A stretch of 50,776 bases of DNA, taken from positions 1 through 50,776 of the forward strand of contig JAVECO010000167.1 in the NCBI GenBank assembly GCA_051942205.1, read 5' to 3'. Source of the stretch: Coniocarpon cinnabarinum (lineage: Eukaryota). Position 1 is the first letter of the stretch. Each line of letters opens with the position of its first letter. A program made the translations under genes and the position numbers. Below the pieces are notes generated by a model that searched no databases, was not told the origin of the DNA, and saw nothing but the letters and a program-made list of their open reading frames with translations. Shown piece after piece: positions 11,301 to 23,750 of this stretch.

Positions 11301-12377
11301 ATGATGGACGTATCAGGTGACGCCAGGTGCGCCAGATGCGGCTTGCAAGGATCCGTCCGTATTCGGAACGAAGATCTCTGTGCAGAGTGTCTGACTACCT
11401 ATGTGAAGTCCAAAGTCATTAAGAAAATGGAGTCGTTCCGAGTGCGGAATAGCAATTCAGGCAAGCGAAGGAAACTCCTCCTATTACTGTCCCTGGGGTT
11501 GTCCTCGGTATCGATGCTGCATGTGCTTGACCTGCATTTGCGCCGCCAGATGAGTCGCACGGGGCGTCCTGGCTTTGACCTCCACGTGCTTCATTTCCAG
11601 ATACCTGATGTTGAGTCCACTGCAGAGCAATTTTCTAGCCTGCAAACGCGTTATCCAGGGCACGAGTACTCCGTCGCTGATTTAGCGAATGTTGGCGAGC
11701 AGAACTCTTTTGACAATAAAAATATCTCACTCCACAAGCAGCTCGAATCTCTACCTTCGGCGACTGCGCGGGTAGACCTATTGATGATTCACCTTTGCAA
11801 ATGTGCAGCCGCAGAAGCCCACCGCTTAGGATGTGAAAGCGTTCTGTGGGGCCACTCGACCACCAGGCTTGCAGAGAAAATCCTCTCTGAGACTTCCAAG
11901 GGACGAGGAGGTACGCTGCCTTTTGCGACTCAGGATGGACCCACGCCTTATGGTATGAACTTCATGTATCCAATGCGTGATCTGATGCGCAAAGAGATCG
12001 AAACTTTTGCCGCCATCACCTACCCTTCACTTGTGTCCCTGTATCAACAGCCTCCCGAGAAAAGAACGCACATAACCTCTAAGGGTACTACCATAGACGG
12101 CCTGGTCAAGGATTATTTTGCGTCTGTGGAGCAAAGCTACCCGAGCATAGTGGCAAACGTCGTTCGGACTTCTGGCAAATTATCTCAACCAGAGCTTGAA
12201 GACGACACAGAATGCTGTGGCATTTGCAAGTCGCCTTTACTCGATCACAAGGGATACTGCAAGGACCGTGCAGGTGTTTCCCCGAATGCAAAGCTTCAAA
12301 ACGAGAATAATGCGGTACGTTCATTGTGCTATGGATGCGCGAGATCGTTTTCGGGTCTACCAGACACTTGCGAATAA
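11301..12377 (+). CDS. NCS2: Cytoplasmic tRNA 2-thiolation protein 2 (Ncs2/Ctu2)
   Basis: N-terminal CxxC..CxxC, degenerate PP-loop LSLGLSS, WGHSTTRLAEKILSETSKGRG, YPMRDL, YPSIVANVVRTSGKL, C-terminal CxxC..LCYGC. Confidence 0.9.
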   Translation: MMDVSGDARCARCGLQGSVRIRNEDLCAECLTTYVKSKVIKKMESFRVRNSNSGKRRKLLLLLSLGLSSVSMLHVLDLHLRRQMSRTGRPGFDLHVLHFQIPDVESTAEQFSSLQTRYPGHEYSVADLANVGEQNSFDNKNISLHKQLESLPSATARVDLLMIHLCKCAAAEAHRLGCESVLWGHSTTRLAEKILSETSKGRGGTLPFATQDGPTPYGMNFMYPMRDLMRKEIETFAAITYPSLVSLYQQPPEKRTHITSKGTTIDGLVKDYFASVEQSYPSIVANVVRTSGKLSQPELEDDTECCGICKSPLLDHKGYCKDRAGVSPNAKLQNENNAVRSLCYGCARSFSGLPDTCE

Positions 12378-12537
12378 TACGCAGAAGCCGTGTACATGAG
12401 TTTGACACTTCATACAAATACAAGGTTTCTTGACATGATTCTAGGCAAGTCCTGGGTCAGTTCGAAGTCTCCAGATCGCGTTACAGGATCTTAAAACCAG
12501 CAAAGATCCGCTCACCACGTTGAGACAGTATCGCCAC

Positions 12538-13368
12538 CTAGTAACGCACAACTGTCCCTGTATCCTGCCCACCGGATTCCAGGTCAGGCCCAAATCGATC
12601 ACTGTGCCCATGGTCGTGTGGCTGGGTTCGGCCCATGCGGTCCCTCGGTTGACGTTTCTCGCTATGCTGGAGAGCTGCAAGATCATCAGAGCCAATGTCC
12701 TCCAGCCGCGAACGATGCTTCTCCTTGTCAGTCATATTCTTTGGTCCATGTTTGGCCATCAAATGACGTTCTAGCAACTAGCTCAAGTAGTTAGCACAGG
12801 CACTCTTCATGCATTCGAAGATCGTATCAAGACTCACAGCTGCGTTCTTTGTGTTGCAACGAAACGCCGCATCAGCAATATCACCCAAAATGGGAACAAG
12901 GCCAATGAGAAAGTCCACAGCAAGATTTATCATCATGTGTAACTGGATACTAGAAGGGAGGCCGCCCTCCACTTTCCGACACTTGCGCACCAGTGCAAGC
13001 GCAAACAGAAAATCTATCACATCGCCAAGCCTGCGTCAAATTAGTTGGTGAGGGCGTTTCATTTGATGCAAAGCAACTTACTCTGGTATGAGACCCCAGA
13101 TCGCGCTCCACCCGAATCTGATGCCCATGAAGTTGAACAAGCACAGGTCCAGGTGATATGCTCGCGACTTGACCTTTGAAAGAATGTGCGCATCGTGCTC
13201 AGGAATGAAACTCGGGATTTGCTTCTTGACCTTTTTGGTCTTGCCGTTGGGAAGCGTGGCGTACTCAAAATAGGGATCGTCGTCACCGGCGGGCTTCTTG
13301 CCCTTGTACTTTTCCATCTCCTTCCCCAGCATTTTCTTGGCCCCAAGGGACGCAATTTTGGCAGCCAT
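12538..13368 (-). CDS. DUF4112-domain membrane protein (3 exons)
   Basis: ATG 13368 MAAKIASLGAKK. Motifs RAYHLD..GIRFGWSAIWGLIPE and MMINLAVDFLIGLVPILGDIADAAFRCNTKN across introns near 13082-13031 and ~12837-12780. Confidence 0.85.
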
Positions 13369-14095
13369 GTTGCCGGATGGATGAGTGCAGAGCTGGATGA
13401 AGAAGAGCGATTGAGGGGCGAGGGACAGACCAGGAATGCGCGCTCCGGCCTTCTTATTCCCTCCGGAATCGCCTGCGATGGATGTTTGCGGCAACGGTTG
13501 CAAGCGCTTCTGCTCGCACCAGAAAATGAAACGGCGCTCAAGCACGGCCGCGAGCAGATGTGTAGCAATGGACAGCTGGATTTGCGGAGGAGCTCGAGAG
13601 CAGGAAATTTGAAACTTGGTTTGAGAAAGAAGATAATTTATGACCAGTCAAGGTACTTAGGCGCCGATCATTCATTGGCGCCGCCCAGAGTAAGTTAGCC
13701 ATCGATAGCATCTACGATTGGTGGCCCGTGCACGCGGCTCAGCCACACCGCCGCGCCACAGCCCGTGTTCTCTTTGCTTCCTTACCGTGCTTGTCCTACC
13801 CTGCCTACACGGCAGCTTCTTCCACATCTCACCTCACCCTCGGACAAGTACTTACCTACCTACCTACCTTTGCCTTTCCATAGCCTCGTTTGGAAGATTC
13901 TTTGCATTTCGGACATCTTCATCGCTTTGCCTCCCTTCGCTCGGTCGGCTGGCGAAGTCCCCTGTGCCGAGCTGCTTGCCGCTTTGGCGCGCTCTGCCTG
14001 TGTTTCTCTTCCAGTTACTCTTCGGTAACTGGCTGTCCTGAAAGATCGGACAGCACTTGCGGTCGAGAACATGTTGGGTGCAATATCTCGACAAT

Positions 14096-17000
14096 ATGGC
14101 AGAGACAAAGATGCAGCTAGCTGACTGTATGTCTTGCTCAGCAGTTGCCCAACCCCCCAACTCCACTGCACTATGCGTACACTTTGTTGTTGCGATGGCC
14201 TCCCTGTCAATGCCTGAAACTCAGCGCTAACACCTCTCGCTTCTAGGGCTCGACGATCTCTGCGTTCGCTTCATTGTCAACCTCCCTCAGGAAGAGCTCG
14301 AATCAGCTGAACGAATATGTTTCCAAGTGGAAGAGGCGCAATGGTTCTACGAGGACTTCATCCGTCCTTTGGACCCTTCGCTTCCTTCAATGAGCTTGAG
14401 AACGTTCTGCATGGCCATTTTCAAAGTGTGCCCCTTGCTCTCCACGTTCTCTGCTGAGCACCACCTTGCCGCCTATTCTCAATTCCTTGCTTATAAAACA
14501 CGCGTTCCTGTCCGGGGTGCAATCTTGCTCAACGATAACATGGATCAAGTGCTTCTGGTGAAGGGTTGGAAAAAGGGCGCTAGTTGGAGCTTCCCTCGTG
14601 GCAAGATCAACAAGGATGAGAAAGACCTTGATTGTGCTGTCCGCGAGGTGTATGAGGAAACAGGGTATGACCTAGTAACAGCCGGACTTGTGCCTAATGG
14701 AGAGAGCATGAAATCTGTGGAGGTCACGATGCGAGAACAGCACATGAAACTTTACATATTTCGGAATGTGCCTCTGGGCACGGCCTTCCAGGCTCGAACG
14801 CGCAAGGAAATAAGCGTGAGTTCGCACCTGCGCCTGGCTCACGCCACCTGCTGATGTTTTCCAGAAAATTCTGTGGTGGAAGCTGTCGCAGCTTCCTGGC
14901 TTCAACAAGAAAAAACCAAAACTCCAAAATTCCAATGCGGATGAAAGCGGCGACTCCGTACGAGCGAACAAACTTTACATGGTTGCGCCTTTCCTTCCGC
15001 AACTGAAGAAGTGGATTTCGCAGCAGCGTAGAATGGATTCTCACCGAAGAACTACTTCTGACACGTACCTTTCTACCGGTGACATGCAGGCGACCGACGC
15101 CGATCTGGTTCTTGAAGACGACTTGCCATCTGATGTGCCTGCTCAGAACTTGGCGCCAATGGCATATGACTTCTCGACAGCCTTGCCACAAATGGTCTCA
15201 CATAGCTCCGCTGGTAGCTTGCCACAAGGCGTTCCAGCTGATGCTTCAGCACAGATGAAGCGCATGCTAGGGATCTCGAGTCCTGAACCTCAGTCGCATC
15301 CTCCTCCCAAAGCAGACGCATCAGGATTACCACAGCATCAGACCGGGCTCTTGGACATACTCAGGCAGAGAAATCTCCCCCAAAACTCAGCCTTGCCCGC
15401 TCATCCTGTAACCCAGGGCGATGTCGGCGATCGCGAGACATCACGAACGGAGTACAATGTTTCGCGTCATCCGCATTCAATTTCGGCCCATAATTCAATG
15501 GCGCCAAACATTCCAACGTCGAGATCGAAATCAGGCGCTGATCTGTCTTTGAATACGACATCAGTTTCTCCAGGTTCGCAGCCGTTTACCGACGACCATC
15601 CTCAGGGCCGTTTCCAAGGACTGCCAGGCCATGCGCAACAGCAGTATCAACAAGAACTCCATCAGAACTCTCAGAGCCACTTTCCCCTGTCATCCGACGT
15701 GACGACCGATCGTTCCAATGCCAATTTTGGACCACCATCTTCGAGTCATGTGAGTGGATTGACGAACAGGAGCCAGTTACCCATTTCTACTCAGCAGCCG
15801 CCATCAATTCCTGAAGCATCGGAGTTACCGATGCCCAGGTTGAGCGATCATGCAATGCAGCTATTGAACATGTTCAAGACTCCGTCAAAACATTCAACCA
15901 CGGGAGCCAAAACGTCTTCAGCAGAACTGTCAAGCACACAGCCTATCTTGCCACCGACAGATCGCCGTACGTCTGGCTCACAGTCGCGGCCACAAACTGC
16001 GCAGTCTGGGCATTCCTCTCCAGCTCCGCGGAGATCAAGTGCCAAGTTAGCCTTCGGTGGCTTGATACCCAATTCCGTCAGTCCTTCGCTCGGTGCAAAT
16101 GGGAGACCACAAACACCGGCGCGCAAAAACAGCGAGGTCGACAGTCGCCAGGCCAAGCTTCCGAACCTATTCAAAAATAGTGCACCAGAGCAACTCTCTG
16201 AAGCAAGCCTTCCATCCGAGCCCAGCGTAACTCCAAAACAAGTACAGCAGGCCAATACCCAGCAGTCACCTACGCTGCTGACGTTGTTTAAGAGTAAGGA
16301 TGTCGCAGAATCATCCCCACGCTCCACTGCACCCTTGGACAAGCCAGATGCCCCTTCCGGCAACTCCAGTGCACTGTTGCAGCTACTCAAACAGCCCGCT
16401 GCGCCAACACTCGAGCAACGAGCACCTGTCGCTAGCCATAGCCAAGTCCCTCAGAGCAGTACATCTGGAGCTCTGAAAACGCAAGACCTGGCTGGTCAAA
16501 TGTCGACCGGAGGACCTGCGCATGAGAAAGTCCATCAGACGCCCACAGCCTCTATTGGCAATACGCCCAAACCACGGCAAACATTGCCGAAGCCTCCCAC
16601 AGCTGCTTCACAGACGTCCAACTCGACTTCAAAAAACGTGTTTGGTGAGCCAGCTTCCGCTGAGACATCACAGCCTCCTGCCGCTCGCAAAAGGAAACAA
16701 GCTCCCAGGACCGCGCTGCAGAAAGCAGAAAAGAAAGCCGCTGCACCCGCGCCGCCCGTCCAGATACTGAAGAGACCGCAGGGTAGCAGTGCTGCACAGC
16801 CTGCGCCCCAAGAACCCCGCCGGCAACCTTTGCCAACAATGCCACAGACTGTCTCCACACTGCCGACGCAATCGGCGAAACCTCCCCAGCCTGTCTCCCC
16901 TGTCGAGACGCCGAAGCAATCGCCGAAGAAGCCGTTCGCGCCTCAGATCTTGCAGCGGCCCAAACCGGACAATTCCGCTGCTTCGAATCAACCTGCCACA

Positions 17001-17360
17001 GCTCCGGCGACTCGTACCCCCTCTTCGAAAGACGACCAGCAGCGTGCGCTCCTTGCTCTTCTCAGCTCAGCTGGGCGTTCCTCAAATTCAACTCCCGTCT
17101 CGCCCAGTACTCGGACGGAGCTGTCGCGCTCGCGGATTGGAAGCGTGGCATCCCCGCCTATAGACGGGGGCCGGTCAAAACTAGGCAGTGCTACGTCAGA
17201 ATCGCGACCAGATATGCGCGTCGCAACGCCCAGTGGTAAGAAGAAGGCTTCGGTTGAGAAGAAGGAGAGAGAAGAGGAGCCAGAGCCGATCAGTCCGGCT
17301 GACAAGGGGTTTTTGGTGAGTTACTTGGAAGGTGTGATTGGTGGGAAGGCGGCGAAGTAA
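14096..17360 (+). CDS. DCP2: mRNA-decapping enzyme catalytic subunit Dcp2 (3 exons)
   Basis: MAETKMQLADW|LDDLCVRFIVNLPQEELES (Box A; intron 14127-14246), Nudix box GKINKDEKDLDCAVREVYEETG, intron 14816-14864, long low-complexity tail with Leu-rich helical motifs (LLDILR, LLNMFK, LLTLFK, LLQLLK). Confidence 0.95.
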
Positions 17361-17837
17361 GGAAGCTTGTGGACGGATCTTGCATTGCGAGTGAGATGCA
17401 GCGAGAGTGGATGCAGCGGAGCGCCGCGTCACGAATGACGCTTGACGAGTTGTGCATGTGTGGTACGTGTGATGTGGATAGCTATGTAGCACGACGGGGT
17501 GGCAATCATAGTGTGTTCAGCGCCTTGGATTTGACTGAATCACAGATGTTGCAATGGACTGTCTTCACGTTAGAGAACCGGACTGCACTATGCAAACCAA
17601 ACTTGACCCTGCGTTGCCTGACAGCAATACTGGTATCTTCAATGCAGTATCACGTACTGTGGCAGGGGCACGAAACTCACATCAAAATGTTTGCATCCGA
17701 CAAAGACGAGAGCGAGTACGCAGCTGAGCGTTCTCAAGCCTGTGAACGCTTGATTTGAGTCCCCGTCGATTCATACACTGAATATCTATGAATGCGATGT
17801 GACTACCAACTCATAACTCCTCGTGTCCACAACACGC

Positions 17838-20800
17838 TCAGAAGCCCCTCTCCCTCATAGCCTTCTCCTCCTCCTTCACAAGCGCCGCCCACTCCCTCCT
17901 CATATCCTCCATAAAAGCAACCCACTTAGCCCCGACGCCGCCCTGTCCAACCTGCACGCCAACCGCCGCATCCCCGCCCATCGCCGATCCCGTCCCAGAG
18001 CCCGAAGAACCACCACTCGCTAGCCCCGCCCCCACCTTTCTGGCAACTTGCATCGAAGTCTTGACAACGGTGCGTTTCGTCTCTTCCAGCTTCTCGACCT
18101 CAGTGCGGACCGCTGTTTCCTTGAGCTTCGTCGCTATGATTTTCTCAAAGCGACTAGCCACGTCGTCAAGCCAGCGACTCGTTTCTTCAGGTTGGGTACC
18201 TGACAAACGAACGAGCATGTGGATGCAAAGACCCCGAATAGTGGGATCGTCTTCGAGACCCGCCACAATGCGGGGGAAGAGCGACGGTAGCAGGTGTGTC
18301 AGAGAAGTCGGCGAGGCTTCGAGAAGGGAGTAGATCGTTTCGTAGGCGGCTTTGCGCGCTTCGAGGCCGTCATCGACTTTTTGCTTAAAGGGGCCGATGG
18401 AGACTTCGCGGGTAAGGGAAGGGTCTTCGACAGTGAGGTCAAGGACAACAGGGAGGAGTTCGGAGAGGTGGGGAAGGGTGAGTTCGGGCTTGCCACGGAT
18501 GGCGGCGCCGAAGGTGTTGAGTGCGTTGCGGCGATTCTCCGGAGAGGCATCACGGAGGGTGGTATCGATGGTGGAGACAAAGATTGGTCGTAGGTATTTG
18601 TTGTAGGATGGATCCGTGTAGGTGAAAATGTCGCGAAGGGCGAGGATGGATAGAAGTCGGGTGTTTTCGTTGGAGTTGGAGAGCAGGGCCTGCATCGACT
18701 AGTTAGCAACAAAAGCGAAAGGACATGGTGAACTCACTTGTAGTGCTTGGAGGTACGCTTGTGGCTCGACCTCAGCAATCTTGGAGAGGCATTCGGCGCC
18801 AATTGTTCTGGCCTTGTCGTCGTCGGCTGTCGATACCGAAGCGTCCCACATGCTCTGCATGAACGGGCTGAGGTCCTGCACATCTTCGCTGTGTTGTAGG
18901 AGTTCCTTGATGCTGTGTAGGGCAACGTTCTGGCGATTAGACTTCTTGCTTACTCGTGACAATATCACCGGCACGCAAGATCTGATATTGCCTGCACCAG
19001 CCGCTGTTCTTCCCAGCGCCATGGCAGCAGCCATGGGCACCTCGCTTGCAGGATCTTGCGCGTCGAAGTAGTTCAGGAACAGGTCCGGCTTCACAGCAGA
19101 CGAAGAGCCCGCACGCAGGCCGTACTCTCCAAGCACAGAAAGTGCAAGACACTTTCGTCGGTCATCGTCTGTAGTTTGCAGCTCGGACAGGAAATCCTCT
19201 ACCTTGACACCAGCGTTGCCACCAGAGCTTGTCAGTAGGTCACCCACAACTTTACCGACAACAGCTGATGGTCCACCGATGCCCACGTCTCGGAGCATCG
19301 CTTGCATCAATTTCGGCGCAGCTTCGTTTTTCCCGACGCACTCGGCGAAGAAACTCAGCTGGTCTACAACGCTTGCACATGTAGGGCTGCGAAGTAGTTC
19401 GCACAGGCTCTTGATCATCTCAGATGACAGCAATTGTGTTGCGGAATCTCGAATCAATGCACCCAGAGTCTGCACAGAGGGGCCGACCAAGTGAAGATCA
19501 CCAGACGAGAGCATGGGTATCAGCAAATCCACCACCGGCACTGCATCTGGCAGGTTTATGGTCCCCGAGCGATCAACAAGCAAGGTCTTCAAGGCCTGTA
19601 GACTTGCGCCGCGAAGAGAACGATCTTGCTTTCTAAGCTGATGTCCCAGCTCAACGCATAGGTTTTTGTACCAGTCAGCCGGGTACACTACACCGTCTGG
19701 ACCCTGTGTTGACATAGCATCGACAGCTTTGATGGCCACATACCTCGTGGTCTCATTGTGACAAGCATCTGAAAGTATCCGGAGCGACGACTCGCGTTGA
19801 CCTGTGGTGAGTAGCTTGGAACCATCTTTGCTCAGAGTCCTGCCTAACATTGTGCCAAGAACGTATATAGCTTGTTGGCGAGTCAACAGATCGGACGTCC
19901 TGTTGGAAATGATTGACACAAGCAAGTTGAGGATCTGTGTCAGTGTCGCTGCGGTCTTGTTAAGCTGATGCCCTGTGCGTGGGGGTGTAAGTGCTTTGAC
20001 AAGCTGCTCTGCCGTCTTCAAAGCCTCAACTGCGAGTTGTGGAGACTTGCCCTCGCCAATCTTTGACAGGACTGGTATTGTTTCCGCGATGTACGGTTGT
20101 AAGCTTTGGGATGAAGTAGTCCTGGACAGCTGGCTAAGTAACTGCATGGTTTCAATGTGAAGTGAACTAGAAGGGGCTGCGCTCGATTGTAGACTCGCAC
20201 CAGTTGAGCTATTGAGATTGGTCGTGATGAGTGAGAACAGTTCTTTGAGTTGATCATTGACCCCGCCTTGTCTTGCCGCTATCACTTCTTTCAATAAAGA
20301 GACTGAGACAAGCTTCGTAGCTGGCGAGCTATTCAATGCAAGTTTCAAGCTTCCGCGAACAATGTCAGGTGCAGCCGCAGCCAAATTTGACGGAGCTCCT
20401 GAAGGCAAGGGAGATTGCACAGCCGGTGACACTGATCCCGTCAACCGTCGAAATTTGGCTTCCGAAAGCTTCGCGCCACTATCAGTGCGTCTCCTCTTGC
20501 GACTGAGTGTTTGCTGCGAGCCAAATTGTTCTCGACTGTTCAAATATTCTGAATAGTCAACATCAGGATCATGCTCCTTGCTCTCGCGTACCATGAAGCA
20601 AGTGGTCTGTAGAACCTCCACGCGCACCGTTTCTTCGCGCTCTTTGAATCGGTCAACCAAGGCTCGGGCAATTCGGCTATAAGATTCTGCATTGTCTAGA
20701 TATTCTCTCCCTCGTGCGAACAAAATAGTCTGAAGAGCCTTTGCCGCACACCTTCTGACCTTCCAGCTGACATCGTCCTCGTCATCAGCGATATGTTCTT

Positions 20801-21971
20801 GCTCGAAATCTTCATCGCCTTCAAAGTCTTCTTCGTCAGCAGCATCGTCCATTTGTTCATTATCGTCTACTGCCATATTCGGGTCGTAGCGCAAGAAGCG
20901 TATGAGAGCTTCCAAGCTCTCTTTGTTGAATCGATGCATGTCTGAAGCACTGGATGTATAAAATGAGTCAAGAGCCAGAATTGCGGCTTCTCGCATTTCA
21001 TCGTCGTGCACATTGTGATCTTCTTGTTGGTCTTCATCTGCCATCTGGTCATCGACCTCTTGCTGACTCAGGGCCGTAATGACAAACGGGGCGACTTGCT
21101 TCAGGTGCGGACCAAATTTTGCTGGAATGCTTCGAGCTATTGCTGCAAACAAGTTGAAATACAGCCTGCGATTGACTGCTGTCAAATGAACGTTACGTAG
21201 CTTTTCGATAACCTGAGAAGTCACAGCGCTGAGCAAGCCATCTGAAAAGTAATGCGCAAGTGCAGAAATTGCAGCTACGGCCTTCTTTTTCATGATCGAC
21301 CCCGACTTCCCACTCTCAAGAAGCTGCATCGATATTTGCTGGAGCGCTTTGATTTCGAGTTGCTGTAACATAGGCCCGTAGCACTTGCCGATCTCGGTGA
21401 GAATGTCAATGGAGTTGCTGTCCGTGCCTTTGTCGAGATCCTCCTGGAGAAGTCCTTTGGGAGGAGCCGGACGCTGTTTGTGGTCCTCCGTAAGCGGAAT
21501 CACGATGTAGCCCACAAGACGTGGCACTAGCACACGACTGATGGCAGAGTAAGCGTCTTTGACAGGCTGTGTGCGGGGGAGACCTGCACTTGGACGCGGG
21601 AGGGAGACGACGATGGTTCGCAATGCCATAGCAGTGACAGATGCATCCACAGCTTGGTCTATCACCTGCGTGCCGATCTTGTGAACCAAAGGAGCCAGAA
21701 TATTCGGGTCACATTTCAACACGAAGGGACCAAGGCATTTAATCGTCAAGTTTTGAACCTCGCCATTAGTGTCGTTGAGAGTGTGAAGCAAGCCATCTAC
21801 GAGCTTCGCACAAGTGTGATAGTCTCCAGCAAGATAGGCGGAAGAGTTGGTGTTGAGCAGTGCAATTAAATCATTCAGAGACATGTACCGTAAATCCGCA
21901 TCCGCATCATAAAGTTTCTGGGTAAGGGCCGCAACCTGCGCCCCAGCAGGTAAACCCTGAGTGCTGGACAT
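17838..21971 (-). CDS. CAND1: Cullin-associated NEDD8-dissociated protein 1 (CAND1/TIP120), 2 exons
   Basis: DADLRYMSLNDL, DTNGEVQNL, DDEDDVSWKVRRCAAK, RFKEREETVR HEAT repeats. Intron 18737-18691. C-terminal REVSIGPFKQKVDDGLEARKAAYE. Confidence 0.95.
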
Positions 21972-22533
21972 CTTGATTTTTGGTGCCACCGGCCCTCTAT
22001 AACAAGTGGATCACGACGTGTGCGGGTTGACTTTGGTAACACGCATGTCGGAGGTTGTTGCAACTTTGCCAGTTATTATAGGAACGACATCTAGTCGAAT
22101 GAGATCAGGCGCCTGGCGATGAGCAAAAGGCGTTTGCTAATGCACAGGGGGGGATTGTTTGTGAACAAGCATCTTGCTCAGGCCGTGGCAATATGAAATC
22201 TCAATCGAGTGTCTCGATGACTTGATTGAAAGGTTTAAAAAAAAGGTACTTGAGTAAATGCAGCTGTGCTTGGGCGGATGAGATGAATCGTCGTACCCGA
22301 GATGGACAACGGCCGAATGGCATGCACTAAGCCTGGCTGGGCAGGTGCTGCGCCGATATGAAAAATGAATCACATACCATAGCTCAGCAGTGGCGTCGTG
22401 TAGTGCCATCAATGCTCCATGCAGCTTCTCGGTTCCTGGCGGACTGCTCGATAATCGAGCATTTGTGAGATCACCTCTTCCCCCAACAAATTGCCGTCTC
22501 AAGACATCGAAACACTTCCTCTTCGAAGTCGGC

Positions 22534-23599
22534 ATGCCAATCCCAAAGGCAGTGCCCTTTCGTGCAGCCCCTCGGAGGCGTTTCTCACGACTTTCTCAAC
22601 TATTACCACACATACGACAAAGCCGCCAAGTGGGCCGAAGAGGATACGCAAGTGCCACTGAGACAGCCAAAGAAGGTGCACAAAAAGCCAGCGAGAGTGC
22701 ACAGAAAGTCAAAGGCTCTGAGCTACCATGGTAGGCCTTCATCGCATCTGTATCTGTTTGACGTAGAGGAGCAAGCTGACAAGTTCCCCTCTTAGGATAG
22801 TCGGAGCAGTCGGCGCGACAGTTGGAGGCACGTGGCTAGTGGCCAACCCGAGCAAGATGGGAGCAATATTTAACCATCCAATGCCGGGTCAGGACTACCA
22901 CGGAGAACATGACGAGGAGCATGAAGAAGGTGAAGAAAGCGAGGAAGGAGAGGGAGAAGAGACTGCTGGAGGGGAGCAACAACAGAGCGACGAAGAAAGC
23001 GCCGAAGGGTCATCAGGAGAAGCGAGCGGTGAAGACACAGGAGATGAGTCCTCACAGAGTAGTGACTCTCAAGAATCGCAAGGTGAACAATCGTCAGACG
23101 CCGACGCATCTGACACGAGTGTCGATGAGGAATCTCCATCGAACGAGAAGTCCCAAGTTGGCCGCAACAAGCCCGGTGAGAAAGGTGTTGGTGTGGGTGG
23201 CCTCGAAGAAGCCACAGAACTGCCACCAGGCCCCGGCGGGCAAAGACGTTTCCTCCAGCCTTCGGCGAAGGGCGGTAACATGCGGCGCGTGGAGTCTTCG
23301 AAAGGTGTCGCGCTGGGCCGTGCGGAAGGTCAAGAAGAGGGTGAGAGTATCGGTGATGTGAAAGACGGGTCGTCCAGCGCAGTTGCAGGCAGGACACCCA
23401 AGCAGCAGAAGGGCATCAGCAACACTGATACGAAGCATAGCGTTGACATCATGGCGGATCCGGAGAAGAGCAAGAAGAGTGAAGGGGTGCCAGATACCGC
23501 AAAAATTCAGGTAAGTCTTTTTTTCGTGCATCAATCCACCGTGTTTTCCATTGACGTTTGGCGCAGGGTACCGTTGATCCGTCGAGAAAAGCAAGCTAA
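22534..23599 (+). CDS. Hypothetical acidic protein with Arg-rich presequence-like N-terminus and one TM segment (3 exons)
   Basis: MPIPKAVPFRAAPRRRFSRL..RRGYAS, then SELPW|IVGAVGATVGGTWLV (intron ~22731-22795), E/S/D-rich middle, intron 23511-23566, ends TAKIQ|GTVDPSRKAS*. Confidence 0.75.
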
Positions 23600-23750
23600 A
23601 ATGGTCTAATGGCTGCGACCTTTCCATGAGCGTGTTCAATATATTGTAGCATTAGAGCTCTCTGGTTGAATCAACATCTCCGTGTGACCTTTGTCATCTA
23701 GATCGCCTTTTGAGCACGGCTCTTGCTGCTCTGAGTGCTTCAGACTGCTT

